Shown in pieces: positions 1-13,229 of a DNA stretch of 64,000 nt; position 1 is the stretch's first letter; every line of letters starts with the position of its first letter. The position numbers and the translations under genes are program-made. The notes under the pieces were generated by a model. The model was not told the origin of the DNA. It saw only the letters and a list, made by a program, of their open reading frames with translations, and did no database searches. The stretch lies in assembly GCA_951406725.2 (NCBI GenBank), contig OX597823.1:70246001-70310000 (forward strand), read 5' to 3'. The DNA is from Octopus vulgaris. Taxonomy: Eukaryota.

Positions 1-729
1 TAACAATAAAAACACAAATAAAATAAAATAAACTAAAATAAAATAGAAACGTATAACATATACATAAATACATACAAACAAACATGTGTGGGTGGGTGTA
101 TGAATAAATAGTATCAAAATTCATTGAGCATAAAAGCAGAATTAAAGTAAAACAATAAAAATTAAACAAGTCTCAAATAAATACCATGCGTAAGAAACAA
201 TAAACATCAACTCATATACATACATATATACATATATATATATGTGTGTGCAAAAAATAAGTAAGAATAAGAATTAAAAAATAAAAGAAAACAGAAGGAA
301 AAATAACATATAAGATATACAATGAAAAATAAAAATATGACAGAGAAGTGTACAAAATTGAGGGAAGAAGCAAAATATTTAAGAGCAAGCTATAAGGAGA
401 AAGATACAAAAGACTAACAGTGAAATCTGAAACTAGAGCTGGTAGAATGTCCTTTATCTAAAAGAATTTCTGAGTTAAGGAGGAGTACAGTACATTATTC
501 AAACAGTTCATTGTTTGATGTGTGATATTGTATAGTTGTTCCAACTTCTCACATACTTAGCAATGTAAGTCGCTTCTGAACTGGAGTTGTGTAGTTGTCT
601 ATCAGGATTACATTTTCACTTTTGATTTTGACGAAATGTATTTGATATATTAATAAATTTTTATTCACTGATTATTGTTTCCTTTGAGCATTTTATATTA
701 GCCTATGTTAGATGCTAACTAGCCATGGA

Positions 730-2200
730 CCATGACAGGGATGCTGTCAGTAAGGTGAAAGTCGGCAATGAGTATAGCAAGGAATTTGGTATACAGGAGG
801 TGTTCACCAAGGACCGGTTCTCAGCTCTCTCTTGTTTATCATAGTCCCCAAGTCATAACAGAGGAATTTAAGATTGGCAGCCCTAGGGAGCTCCTCTACA
901 CTAATGACCTTGTTCTTATTGCTGAATCACTACAAAAATTAAAGAAATTGCAGGTATGGAAGCAAGGTCTGGTATCTAAGGGCCTTAGAGTTAATTTAGC
1001 AAAGATCAAAGTCTTGTTATGTAGTAAAACAGACATATCACTGACCCTTTAAGGGAGATGGCCCTGCTCGATATGTAGAAAAAGTATTGGGAGAAACTCC
1101 ATATGGTATACCCTTTGCAAGCTATGGATACATAAGAAGTGCAGTAGTATCATAGGAAGGTCAACAGAGAAGGTAGTCTTTGTGTGTGGTAGATGTGCAG
1201 GTGCAATAAACACTAGGAATGTACAGAAAATAGATTCCACCAAATGTCCAGGCGGATCCTTAGAAGTAGTATTTAGTTTCCGTTACCTAAGCAACCAAGT
1301 TAGCAGCAGAGGAGGAAGCTCTGAAAGAATAGTTGCTAGAGTAAGGATAGACTAGGCAAAATTCAAAGAGCTGCTACCTTTGTTTGTAACAAAGGGCCTT
1401 TCCCTTAAGATGAAAAGCAGATTGTATGATGCCTGTGTGTGAACAGCTATGCTACATGACAGTGAAACATGGACTGTGACTACAGGGGGCCTCAATGCCA
1501 TAGCTACCACACTCACACCATCTTGCTATCTTGTCCAGTTTTAGGCTTCTTCCCTTCTCAAGCCAACTTTCCCATTCTCTTTTTTCACCTGTCTCCTCCA
1601 CGTTTTCCTTGGTCTACCTCTCTTTCTCAGTCCATTTACCTCAAACTCAAGTACCCTCCTCGGAACATGCTCCTCATCCCTCCTCAACACATGCCCATAC
1701 CACCGCATGTCATTCGCCCTTGCCAGCCATTCCACTGATTCCTCCAACCCCAGCATCCCCATCAAGTCTTCAGTCCGACCCTTATCAAACAGCTTCACAC
1801 CGCACATTTCTCTCACCATTGCTCTCTCGGTCCTTCCCCAAATTGCCATCTCTCTCCTCCTCAGACACCATGTCCCATACGGCATTGCAGCTCTCCCGCA
1901 ACAAAGTGTAAATGATTTAAGATGTAAATTAGGTACAAGAGGCATCAGATGTTGTGTGCAAGAGGGAAGATTGTACTGGTATGGTCATGTGAGGCATATG
2001 GATGAAGACAGCTGCATAAAGAAGTGGCAGTCTCTAGTTGTGGAGGGAAATGATAGAAGGGGTAGGCCCAGGAAAATGTGGGATGAAGTGGTGAAAAAAG
2101 AATCTTCAGGTATTGAGCCTCTCTGAGAAGATGACAAGGGATTGAGACTTCTGGTGATTTGCTCTACTTGAGAAGACACATCAAGCTAAGTAAAATTGTG
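730..2200 (+). mobile_element. Decayed RTE-clade LINE 3' part (RT, Cys-rich segment, C-terminus)
   Basis: ELLYTNDLVLIAES (YADD region), GLRVNLAK, RLYWYGHVRHM, RRGRPRKMWDEVV; multiple frameshifts. Confidence 0.85.
1491..1900 (-). mobile_element. Inverted fragment of a second RTE family nested in the RTE above
   Basis: Minus ORF 1541-1945 reads RTERAMVREMCGV..MRWYGHVLRRDEEH..RKRGRPRKTW. Confidence 0.8.
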
Positions 2201-4278
2201 GCCATCCATACATATAGGCATGTACAATCTGACCATTACCCCCTTCCCCCTCACACACACATAATTCTGTCCTCTGGCAAAACTCACCCACAACCATCTC
2301 CCCCACCTCTACTGCAGGCCCCACTGGTTCCTCTCAACATCACCTGTTATCTCTAAATATTTCTCTAAACACTCTTATGGTACACCTTCATCCCATTTGT
2401 GCTACTTATACTCTACCCCCACTGTTCCTTGTGTACAGGCCCTACCTCGCTCTGTTGCCACCCAAAAACCTCCTAATGATACTCACTTCTCAAGTAAATG
2501 CATTCATATGCTGTCCTTTGCTTAACTTGGCTTTGGTTCTACATTTGATGTTGTGCCCAAATTCTCAGGGAATAACTTTTCTATAATTAACCTACAAACT
2601 ATGCTACAGAAGAAAATAAAGACCCAATGTGAATGTATAATTTCTTAAAATGAATACACAACATGCACATATATTAATAGAGGCTGAATCTTCTTGAATC
2701 AGTCCTCTGAATTTTCCACTGTTGATTACTCCATTGATTATTTGATATGTTTGAATAATCAGGAACAAGAAACTTACAAAGAATCAAAAAGCTTCAGTTT
2801 CTTATAAAATATACAAACTCTACTGAATGTATCAAGTATTTTTTCCTTGTATGTACGTAAACACAGATGTTCATCAATCCACACAAACACACATTCACAT
2901 GCTCACTCTCTCTCTCTCTCACACACACACACAAACACACACAACTTTTTATGTATGTGTTTATGCAAACGTGGAAGGACATAAAATGTAAATATCAAAT
3001 GTCACTTTAACTGACATCTCTGTTGCCACCCAAAATCTTTCTAATGATATTCACTTGCTGTGTTTTGTCTGCCTTCGTTTTGGCTCTATATTTGATGTTA
3101 TGCCCAAATTTTAAGATAATACCAAAGGAGATGAGTTTGAGTACCACCTAGCCCTCACATTTTAATTCCCTTTCCTGTAAATTTGCACTGTTAAAAAAAT
3201 TAAACATATATATTTATCATTCAATCTTAGTTTATTCATTCCTAAAAGAAAAACATAAATTTTAATTCAATATGCTAAAATTATTTCATTAAAATATATA
3301 AAAAATAGATAATAGATAATAAATGCTGCAGTTTTTGTGTGAAATTTACCATTTTTTTACATCATAAATCTAATTTTTATAAATGTTTGTTTTTTTTTCA
3401 TGTATCTTCATGTACACATATAAGATAGCATAGCATATTACTTACTAAGTTTTAAGGCTTCAGTTTTATAGAAGAAACCATACAAAGTTGTTAAAGTATG
3501 TCAGTGATACAAGTTGAAAAAGATACAACAGAACAACAATTGAAAGTGAGTCACAGATTCAGCTCACTGGAAATTATGGTAAGAACCATACTTTGATAAT
3601 ACATATTTTCTTTGGATTAGAAACAAGGCTAAAATTGTGCAAGAGATTCAGCATGCAATAGTAATATATTATTGTTATTTATTTTAGTAACTTTGAATTG
3701 CAAAGGTAAAGCTGGTGGATTCCAAACATAAAACAACAACAGTAACAGCACTTGGTATAAATTAAGAGCTAAAATTTTCAATATTACATTATGAATGTTG
3801 TTAAGATGTAAAGAGAAGCACTTCAACAAATCTCTCTCCACTGTATATGTACATGTGTATGTGTGTGTAATTCTCTAATTTTCTAATTATCTCTTATTTA
3901 CTACATAAGTTAGTAAAAATAGGAAGAAAATATATATTTTAGAATCAACAGCTACATTGAAGAGTTCAGCCTAAAAGATATCAAAACATAACATCAAACT
4001 CTTTGAAGATAAACTATTCAATAGGACTGACCCAATATTGAAAGAATCACATCAAATAACCATATTTTGGTATTTGCACTGAATCAAAAATACAAGAGTA
4101 GACAGCCCATAAGTTTCTTGAAAGATCATTGAATATAGAGGCAGATTATAAAATATCTAAGAGTCAAGAAAATGCTCAAAGGAAGTAAGGAAATGGCTCA
4201 CTGTCCAGGAAGTTAGTGCAGCAGAATCTTTAGACTGCCACAAGTATATGATATGACAGAAAACGCAGAATGGTTTAC

Positions 4279-4479
4279 CTGCATTGCTGGCTTCATTAGT
4301 TTTGACGGAAAGCTGTTGCATTTCCTTGCGCAAGTCTTCATCATCAATCGTGCTGTTGGCAAAGGAATCACTGATGAATTCATTATCATGAGGTGGATTT
4401 TCAATAGCCAAATCCTCATCCTTCTGGGCAGGGGCATTGGTTGTCTGGGGGGAAGTAAACATTTGTGGGGAAGACCGCT
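4279..4479 (-). CDS. SYAP1: SYAP1 exon, acidic C-terminal region (ERSSPQMFTSP...EFISDSFANSTIDDEDLRKEMQQLSVKTNEASNA)
   Basis: ttttttttgcag acceptor, phase compatible with the previous exon (G|AG). EFISDSF and EDLRKEM.QL motifs are present. Probable donor GCAG|gtaaac at 4278; the terminal exon is expected left of the window. Confidence 0.85.
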
Positions 4480-5485
4480 CTGCAAAAAAAAAATTTGTTT
4501 TTTTTCTCTTTAAAGTAAGATTAAAATATATTTAATTTTAGGGACAGTAGTTGGTGATGTGTGAGGGAAGAAATAAAGAAAGATAACTTAATTCCATAAA
4601 CTATCAGTGATGCAAAAAAGAAACCAAGTATTCTAATGGGAAGTAGAAATAGGAAAAAATCTGAAGATTAAAAAAAAAAAAGATTTGTAAATAGATTTTA
4701 TTTCCAATGTCAAATAATGAGATCAAGACCACATTAAAAATCTTTTAGAGAGAAGAATTGAAAGATTGAGGAATTTTTTCACATGTGTATTTGAAGCTTA
4801 GTTTGAAATATGTGTGTGTGAGTGTACACACACAACTATAGTTGGTTGAAGTGCGAGGATATTTTTGGTAAGTAGTCTAATGGGAAGTAGAAATAGAAAA
4901 TAAAGTTACTAATGCACTTCAATGCCTACCACATATAAAATATAGCAGAAAATGAGATATTATTGTCACATCTTTCATTGGTCAAAGAAATACATAATTC
5001 TTTTCAAAACTTTACAAGAGCATTACTCTGGTTTTCTCACAGAATTTATCAAATAGCTCATGCTCATGTCTATGTGTTTTGAAATTATGATTGTTTAAAT
5101 CAAACAAACCGTCCACAGATATTTAAATTTTGATGGCTTTTCATGTATTAAGCTATGCTTATTGTTGAGTCTACATTCTGAGACCAACTTGCTTTTGGTT
5201 CGATATTTTGTATATTATATTGTTTTTTTATTAGACAAAAGTTTATTTTTAGGAGAAAGTTTTGAAAGATTTTGAAAGCAATGCTATATCTCTCCATTAT
5301 GCAGTATTACTTTAATACATATATATTCTCGTGATATTCATGCATATGTATGTTCAACTATATATATATATATATATATATTAACAATTGAGGATAAAAT
5401 CTTTAAAAGAAATTATCAGTAGTCAGCGTGAAAAACCTCGTAAGAGAAAAAATCCGTAAATTCTTCCTCTTTGAAAATATTCATT

Positions 5486-5581
5486 TATATTATATTGAGG
5501 GTACTACTATTCGTAGATACCAACACTGGTCCCTCTTAGCGTGTTGGTATCTACGAATAGTAGTACCCTCAATATAATATA
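5486..5581. repeat. Perfect 41-bp inverted repeat with 14-nt loop
   Basis: 5486-5526 is the exact reverse complement of 5541-5581. Confidence 0.95.
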
Positions 5582-5977
5582 TAAATATATATATATATAT
5601 ATATATGCAGTTGTAGGATTCATTAGAATATAGGTATTTCTATGTGTAGGATTCCAAAGAAGGTTGGGTACTGAGCTTACAATATTCAGTTGTCATTAGC
5701 TGGCTGTATGGTGCAAGCATGCATATACATGTCCACAAGTCAATTACTTATCTTGCTATGAACTTAGCAAGCTGATCAACTTAAATTCTCTACATACTAT
5801 GTAAGTGTTTGCTAAAAATCCCTTGATGTTGGCAGATTATTGTCATGGGGTAATTGAAGCATTCATTAATATAATGCTGCTGAAACAGCTGTTGTGAACT
5901 CCACTTGGATTCTCCTTTTATATCTGCCTACATTGTGAATGCATTCATTATACTTATATTTACAAATGTATTTACCA

Positions 5978-6194
5978 TCTTAGCTTGATCTGACTTTGCT
6001 GATATCGCCTAAGGAAATGTTACAGTTACGCAATAGTGTGAAGTTATGTAATAGCATCATTGAATAAATGATGACACTAAGTGAATTTACTTTCTTAGCT
6101 TGATCTGACTTTGCTGATATTGCCTAAGGAAATGTTACAGTTACGCAATAGTGTGAAGTTATGTAATAGCATCATTGAATAAATGATGACACTA
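5978..6194. repeat. Local direct duplication of about 102 bp (period 115)
   Basis: tcttagcttgatctgac...gatgacacta at 5978-6079 and 6093-6194, one mismatch seen. Confidence 0.9.
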
Positions 6195-6524
6195 CTGAAA
6201 TGTGTACAGTGATGGTTTGAGCTGTTCATTTTTATTTCTTTACTACATGATACAACTACACATTATGTTGCAATTGTCTCATTGATACATAAATGGTTTT
6301 ACAGCTGAATGGTTAGGAATACTTATGTATTCTTTTGAGGTACCCTGTTAGTCTGATATGCACGGAGCAGCTACAAATTTAACTGTCCAAATCTTTTTGA
6401 TCCCCACTACTATATATATATATATATATAACTCCATCATCATCATCATTATTTTCATCATCATCAGCATTTAACATCTTTTTAAATGATGATGATGTTG
6501 ATATACAAATATATACTTGTTTGT

Positions 6525-6571
<47 letters not shown>

Positions 6572-7105
6572 GGATAGTATCTTCCTGGTTATGGCATATG
6601 ATTGGTCATAATATTACTGAGTTTTGTGATGGCTGTTGTACTTGGTATCACTGATAATGTCTTTATCAGTGATGCTGATTGGATGTGCATAGCTTCTTTT
6701 ATGCTGGAGGTAAATATATGGTCCTAGTTTGGTTGGTTAAGATGAAGAGCAGAACAAAAAAATAAGAAATGGTGAAAAGTTATAACATTTTCTAGTGGGG
6801 AAAGAAGAGTTCCTTCTCATAGCATGATGCCGGTTGCACATGATTACATGTATGTTCCAGAATGTCTGAAGAGTCATCAATGTTGCCAAATGCAATGGCT
6901 GGTGAAAAACCATTATTAACACTGACCAGTTTTATGTTATAACAAAGAATATATTTTTTGACAATATCAAAATATCAGTTTCTGATTTATGATTTTTTTT
7001 ACTGACTTATGATCAACATATATACAGGCAGGCAGACAGACATATAGGGTTGGAACAAAAGTTTATATAAATTTTAAAGTAAATTTCAAAAAATATTATT
7101 TAGAT

Positions 7106-7164
7106 AAATGGCGGTGCCCCAGCATGGCCACAGCTCATGAGCTGAAACTAGAATCAATCAATCA
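7106..7164 (+). mobile_element. Tail-only copy of the CR1 family at 61644-63192
   Basis: aaatggcggtgccccagcatggccacagctcatgagctgaaactagaatcaatcaatc is nearly identical to that LINE's 3' end. Confidence 0.85.
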
Positions 7165-7941
7165 TATTTGTACATACCTTTATTCAACTACCTATATCTC
7201 ATTTTGTTCCACTACCTTTTGCCAATTTTATGCCAATTTCCTGATCCCATCTGCCCAGAACTTGGCATCTTTCTGGGTCATGAACTTATCTAAGTGATTT
7301 TCACAAAGAACTAAATTTTCCAAAGAACTAAATGTCTTCTCATCTAGGGAATTTTGCAGGGATTGAAATGAAGGATAAACTAAAGGTGCAAGGTCAGGTG
7401 AGCACTGTAGGTATGATACAACATCTAAGCTAAGTTGCACTAATTTCTGCTGAGTCTACAAGAGAACATGAGATGAAGTGTTATCCTGAAGGAAAACAAT
7501 TGCCTTCTTTAATTAGCTTAAATGGGAACAATAATTATCTGAATTCAATGTTTGACATTGTAGGAGCTTATAATACACCATGTCCTTCTGATCCCATCAG
7601 TTACAAAGAATCATCTTCTCCAAATACTGACTAGTATTTGGAGTGATTATAAGCTAGTTCATTAATATCATCCATTAAATATTTTCCTTTTAAATAATGA
7701 GGTACCCAAACACCATAATGATCCACACATTCAAGTGTTTTATAACACTCGTGAGACATGTAAAGTATTTCTGTAATGTCTCAAGTCATGTAACTGGGAT
7801 TATTTTTTATTAGCATTTTGATTGGGTTGTCACTTGTGACAGGAGGCCTGCTGGAATGTTCATGATCTTCCAAATCAAAATTTTGACACCTCACCTAGTA
7901 AATTACTTACGAACAGTCTTCTCAGCTATGACAAGCTTAAA

Positions 7942-8270
7942 TGGGTAAAGGGTAAAGACCCCCTTCGGCCATGAATGACCATGAGATTGCACCTAGAAAG
8001 TTACCCTCCAATGTACAAGTCTGGGCAAGGTTGTTTATGGAAGACCACCAGGCACCCATGCATATCGGCCTCCCATCTCCATGCTACTGTTGTTATCCAA
8101 GGGAAAGGCAAAGGCCGAAACCATGTTGCAACTCATTTCTACAACTGAGTGAACTGGAGCAATGTGAAATAAAATGTCTTGCTCAAGAACACAACACACA
8201 ACCCGGTGCATGAATCGAACTCACTACCTCATGATTGTGAGCCTGACATTCTAACCATTGAGCCATGCAC
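7942..8270 (-). mobile_element. tRNA-derived SINE (family B; also 27130-27472 minus and 31560-31865 plus)
   Basis: A-box-like (GGCTCAATGGTTAG) and B-box-like (GAGTTCGATTC) head; three homologous copies in the window. Confidence 0.8.
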
Positions 8271-8614
8271 CACCATCTCCATAAACTGCACATTTGTTTT
8301 TGCCATTTTTGTACAGTGTTTTTTTTTCCCTTTCAGAAATAAAAGAGCACCAAATGGCTAAGATGCATCTCATTTTCATCAACTTTCACTTTTAACTTAA
8401 AAACAGTAGAAACAAACTATCCACACAGTAATCATATAGAAAGATGTGTTGAAATGTCCCCTTTCGGAAAATATCTATACATCATGTGCTTGTCATGTGA
8501 GAAACCAAATCATATGTTTAAATGCTACCAGTTAAAAAACAGTATGCACTTTTGTTCCAACCTAATATATATATTTCTGTAAATGTAACATGTGACAATT
8601 ATTCAGTAGCCATG

Positions 8615-8673
8615 ATAAAACTCTGAGTTTCGGATGTCGGGGTGGAAATCCATGCCGCCATCTCTTCAGTTAT
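8615..8673 (-). ncRNA. Type I hammerhead-like motif in an inverted repeat
   Basis: Minus strand: ataa CTGAAGA gatggcgg...ccgacatc c GAAA ctcagag TT ttat; one extra C before GAAA. Confidence 0.55.
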
Positions 8674-9035
8674 TTGTTTGTTATAAACTGTGAACAGGAA
8701 TTCTCCAAGGCAGTACCCCAGTATGGCCACAGTCCAATGACTGAAACATGTAAAAATAATATTATTTTCCATTCTGTTCCACATGGCTATTGGTTATGTC
8801 CCACATAACTACATTAGACTGCTTGTGTTTGCCTTTAGAATAAACTTTGAATAAAATCTTCTATCAATATTTCTTGTGTTCAGATGGCAGCGTGGATTTC
8901 CACCCCAACATCCGAAACTCGGAGTTTTATCATGGCTACCGAATAATTGTCACATATTACATTTACAGAGAAATTCCTCTATTTACATAATATCGAGGTC
9001 TCTTTCATTCTTTTGTTGTCTTACCATTTCTATCA

Positions 9036-9072
<37 letters not shown>

Positions 9073-9669
9073 GATAGCAAGAGAGAGACAGAGAGGGAGA
9101 GAGAGAAAGAGAGAGAGATAAAGCGCATCCTTTGTTTTGTTAATCATCATTGAATTCTTCCTATATGGGTAGTCTCTAAGAAATAAAGTTTAATAATTGG
9201 GATGTAGATAAAAGCAATAATAGTAAATAGTTACATTTTGAATTTCAGAAAAGTGTTGCATATTTTCGTTGTTCTACACACAGATTGGATTTGCAGAATT
9301 TGAGTTAGATGGTCACCTTCTTTGCCTAAAACCCCAACAGCACAGACAATAACACTTACTAATATAACCAAGAGTATGTAAACAATTTATTGCCTGGGTG
9401 CAGAAGCTGTCGGTTTTAAAGCAGTTGGCCATAAATATTCTCTTTATCATTAATATTAAATGAAATATTCATATCAGATGCAAAGTTAACCCTGACCCAA
9501 TTCTCCCCAACTACAATATTATTTTCCTTTCTGTTCCACATCACTATTAGTTATGTCCCACATAACTACATTTTGACTGCTTGTGTTTGCCTTTAGAATA
9601 AACTTTGAATAAGATCTCTCAATATTTCTTGTGTTACTATGTATGAATATACTCAAAATTATTCTTATA

Positions 9670-10055
9670 CTAGTAGTATCATCCGGCGTTGCTCAGGTTT
9701 TTGTTTCCACCCTTTAGAATTGGAATTTTTGAAAAGTAAAAATTTTGCATTATGTTGCTTTAAGTGAACATTTTTCTGGTTGAAATACCCCGAAAAATGG
9801 TGACACAGCAGTCAAAATATCGTAAAAAATAGGGATTTTCATAGAAACAAAAGCACCTTTTTGATGTAAATAATTTTTGGTGTTAACATGGTCCGATTTG
9901 ATTTTTTTTTCTTTTATGGAAGTAAGAGCAAGCCTTCTTCTATCATACTCTCAATTTTGGTCAACTTGCGCCACAGGGACTCGGAGGAGATAGTGTTAGA
10001 TGAAGGCTACCAAATCTGCCATACACAGACAACTTCAGCTTTATATATAGAGAGA
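9670..10055 (-). mobile_element. Non-autonomous Helitron-like element
   Basis: Minus strand starts A|TCTCTCTATATATAAAG and ends with a GC-rich hairpin (ctgagcaacgccgg) followed by CTAG|T; no TSD. Confidence 0.65.
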
Positions 10056-10490
10056 TTTTCTCAAGGACTTGAAAAATAAGATTTAGATATGGTTGTGTAG
10101 TTACAAAGTGAACTTTGTAACCATGTAGTTCCAAGTTCATCCAATTGCATGACACCTTGGGTAGGTGTCTTCTATTTTAATCAAAGATTAATGGCACAAT
10201 CTCATTAATCTAAGAATGTCTGAAAAGGTCATGGTTACCATCCTGTCTTCCAGATGCAGTAAGTAAGAAAAACCATAAATTATGCATGTGAGATGACATT
10301 CTACATTGTTTATATATTTGTAAGCAAATATAAATATAACTGCATGAAAAGTGTTGTTTTATACATCATTAAATCAAATCAACAACCCAATTTCTTTTTC
10401 CAAACAGAATCCTTAGAAAAAAAAGTAATGGCTAATACAGCCTTTTATTTCAGTTCAGTCAAAAAAATCATCTTTCTTTTTTTCTTCCTC

Positions 10491-10527
<37 letters not shown>

Positions 10528-10893
10528 GGTTACTTTCCTCTCTTGCCTTTTCTACCAACACAATATGTTACAACTGATACCATTTCTCAAACTTATCATA
10601 GCATGCACATTTTGTTCCAGATATCAGTGTCTTCACTTTTCTGTTTACAGTTTATAACAAGTGTTCATTGACCCTAAATGAATAGGGTTTTCATCCCATT
10701 TCCTTCCTTTATGTTACTTTGAGAATGCTCCTCCTCATATTTTATGATAATTATGTTGCTTCTCGTATGACTCAAAAATAAGACACAGGCATGTTTGTGT
10801 GGTTGTAAAGTTCACTTACTATTTACCCCATGTCACTTTGTGGTACCTTACAGTTCAGAGATAGCCTCAGGTTAATTACATACATACATACAC

Positions 10894-11050
10894 ATAGGCA
10901 CAGGTATGGCTGTGTGGTACACATAGCTCTGGATTCAGTCCTGTTGACACTTTGGACAGGTGTCTTTACATAGTCAAAGCCTTATCAGTGGATTTGGTAG
11001 ACAGATACTGAAAGAAGTCCAGTGTGTGTGTGTGTATGTGTGTGCACGTG

Positions 11051-11089
<39 letters not shown>

Positions 11090-11280
11090 ACGCTTGTCCT
11101 CATCCTTAACAATTTAGTAAAAAAGAGACCAAGTGTCCAAGAAACTAAGTATCAGGCTTTAAAAAAAAATAAAGTACTGGGGTCGATTCATATGACTAAA
11201 AATTCTCCAAGGCAATGCCCCAGCATGGCCACAGTCCAATGACTGAAACATGTAAAACATAGAAAATTTAAAAGATAAAA
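10894..11280 (+). mobile_element. tRNA-derived SINE family A (CORE-like centre, internal (TG)n, CR1-type tail)
   Basis: Homologous to copies at 21096-21490, 24002-24362, 48449-48865 (minus) and 49137-49530; tail GGC.GTGCCCCAGCATGGCCACAGTC.AATGACTGAAAC. Confidence 0.8.
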
Positions 11281-11461
11281 ACGCTAGCAGAATATAAAGC
11301 ATTGCTCAGGCTGGAAAATAGCTATAAATTCATTCTCAGTGAGGAATTGTTCTCAAAGCATATATGGCTTTTTAAAACCCTGCTGATAGATAAAATGTTA
11401 TGTTTTATGTATGAAATGAAATTGTTATCCAATTTAGTTTTAAGCATTCTGGTGTCTAATG

Positions 11462-11630
11462 CAGTGCTCCGCGTGGTGTGCCATGAGACGATGCTAGGTG
11501 TATCGCAGTGTAACCTGAATATAATTGTTTTCTCCTTATACGTTTAGCTATATTTTTATTTCAGGTGTGCCGTTGAATTTTGAAAAGAATGTAAGTGTGC
11601 CTCAAGTGAAAAAAAGGTTACCAAGCACTG
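11462..11630. mobile_element. hAT (Charlie-like) MITE, 169 bp
   Basis: TIR CAGTGCT/AGCACTG; perfect 8-bp TSD GTCTAATG at 11454-11461 and 11631-11638. Confidence 0.85.
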
Positions 11631-13229
11631 GTCTAATGCATTGTGCTACAGGTAAACACTCAATAGTATATTTCATAATTTGTGTCAATGACCTTTGTCC
11701 TAATTTAAGAAAATTAAATAAGAACACAAGATTAAGTAAGTGTGAAAACATTTACTTAATGTTTTACTCTTGATATTCTTTACTTCTCAAAATAATTTGA
11801 AAATGAGTTAAAAACAGAAGTGCCAGGAAGTAAAGCAAATGTGGAAATAAAATATTTCTCATAACACACAGAAACCAGGCTCAGCAGAAACCCACATATC
11901 CAAATTGTAGAACAGCAATACATGCAATGATAAAAACACTATATCAAGAGTTGTGATGAGCTACAGCTCATGTATTAGATTTGAACTCATTTTAGCCTTG
12001 ACAATTCTGGACATTGTCAATGTCAGCACCTGAGGATAGACAATGATTTTAAAGAGATTATGGGTTTTTTTTACTCTTGAGCAGCCTACATAAAATTGGC
12101 CATTAGCTACACAGTACTCTTCAAGATGTAGTCCAGCAACTATCAGTGCTTGCTCTTGGTATTTATTGACTGACATGGCAAAGCTTAGATGTCCAGGAAA
12201 CTGAATTTTTCTAAATTGAGAGGTATATCTGTCAGTAGGAGTGAAATTCTGGGTGTAATTGCATCCTCTCTATTTGTGCATCCAATGAAAGTGGTAATCT
12301 TGACGACATGTGGCATAAACTTGCTAACCATTTGTTGTGTGCTATGGCATAGCCTCACTACACCGACATTATTAGGGACTGCTTTTTAGCTGAAATCAGT
12401 GTGGTGGTAGACTTAAAGGGTTCCAACTAAACTTCTAAATTCTGCTGGATTCATGTCTATTGATTTGTAGGATAAATATTTCCTGATGCCAGTTGATGCT
12501 TTTGCCCAAATATTTTTTCTTTGCATTCAATCACATGATGCTGCAGATTAAGAAACACCTTTGATATCAATTCAGATGCTGTTTTAACCAAGATGGGTCT
12601 ATAGTGTTAGGAGTAAGTCTTCCCTCTCTAACTAGTAACAAATTTTTGGTAAACTAACAGAACAACTCATCTCCAAAATGATTGACTTTCATATTTGTAA
12701 ATAGTTTTAAAATTTTCATATTGGTCTAATGTGATGACAATTTAAGGCAATGGTCATCAACTGAGGTTCATGTGGCTTCTAAGGATCCCTATAACATTTT
12801 TTTTTTGTGGGAGGGGGTCCATGTCACAAAATTATAAATTGGGGATCCTGAAAAAATATTGCTTTAGATGTATGTATTGCAAGAAACAGCAAAATTTCTT
12901 TCACTAACATTTTACATAATTCATCCTACATGAAATACAAAATAAGAATTCTGAAAAAAGTTTCAATATAACTAGTTTTTAAACATCAAATAGCTATGGG
13001 GGTCAACCTGGAAAATAAATGACACATTTAAATTTAGTCCTGCTATATTAATTCACATAGAAATTATGAGTGTGCCTACTCTTGCTTTGCTCAGCAACAG
13101 TAGCTGTCGTTGATGATGATAAAGATGAAGTATGATGGTATGAAAAAACAGGATAAAAAACGTGTATATATATAAATTTATATGAATGAATTCAGTAATT
13201 GGAAAATTTTAGTGCACACAATGTTTGTG

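Larger units (their letters stand above)
7045..8565 (-). mobile_element. Decayed mariner transposon with nested retroposons
   Basis: TIRs TAGGGTTGGAACAAAAGT / ACTTTTGTTCCAACCTAA, TA flanks, CSPDLAP (YSPDLAP) motif in ORF 7228-7440. Confidence 0.85.

Noticed and set aside
4157-4278. ORF extension GKPFCVF...FLDS as SYAP1 C-terminus
   Set aside because: Similarity to SYAP1 ends at a good GCAG|gtaaac donor. Read-through is possible but unsupported without RNA data.
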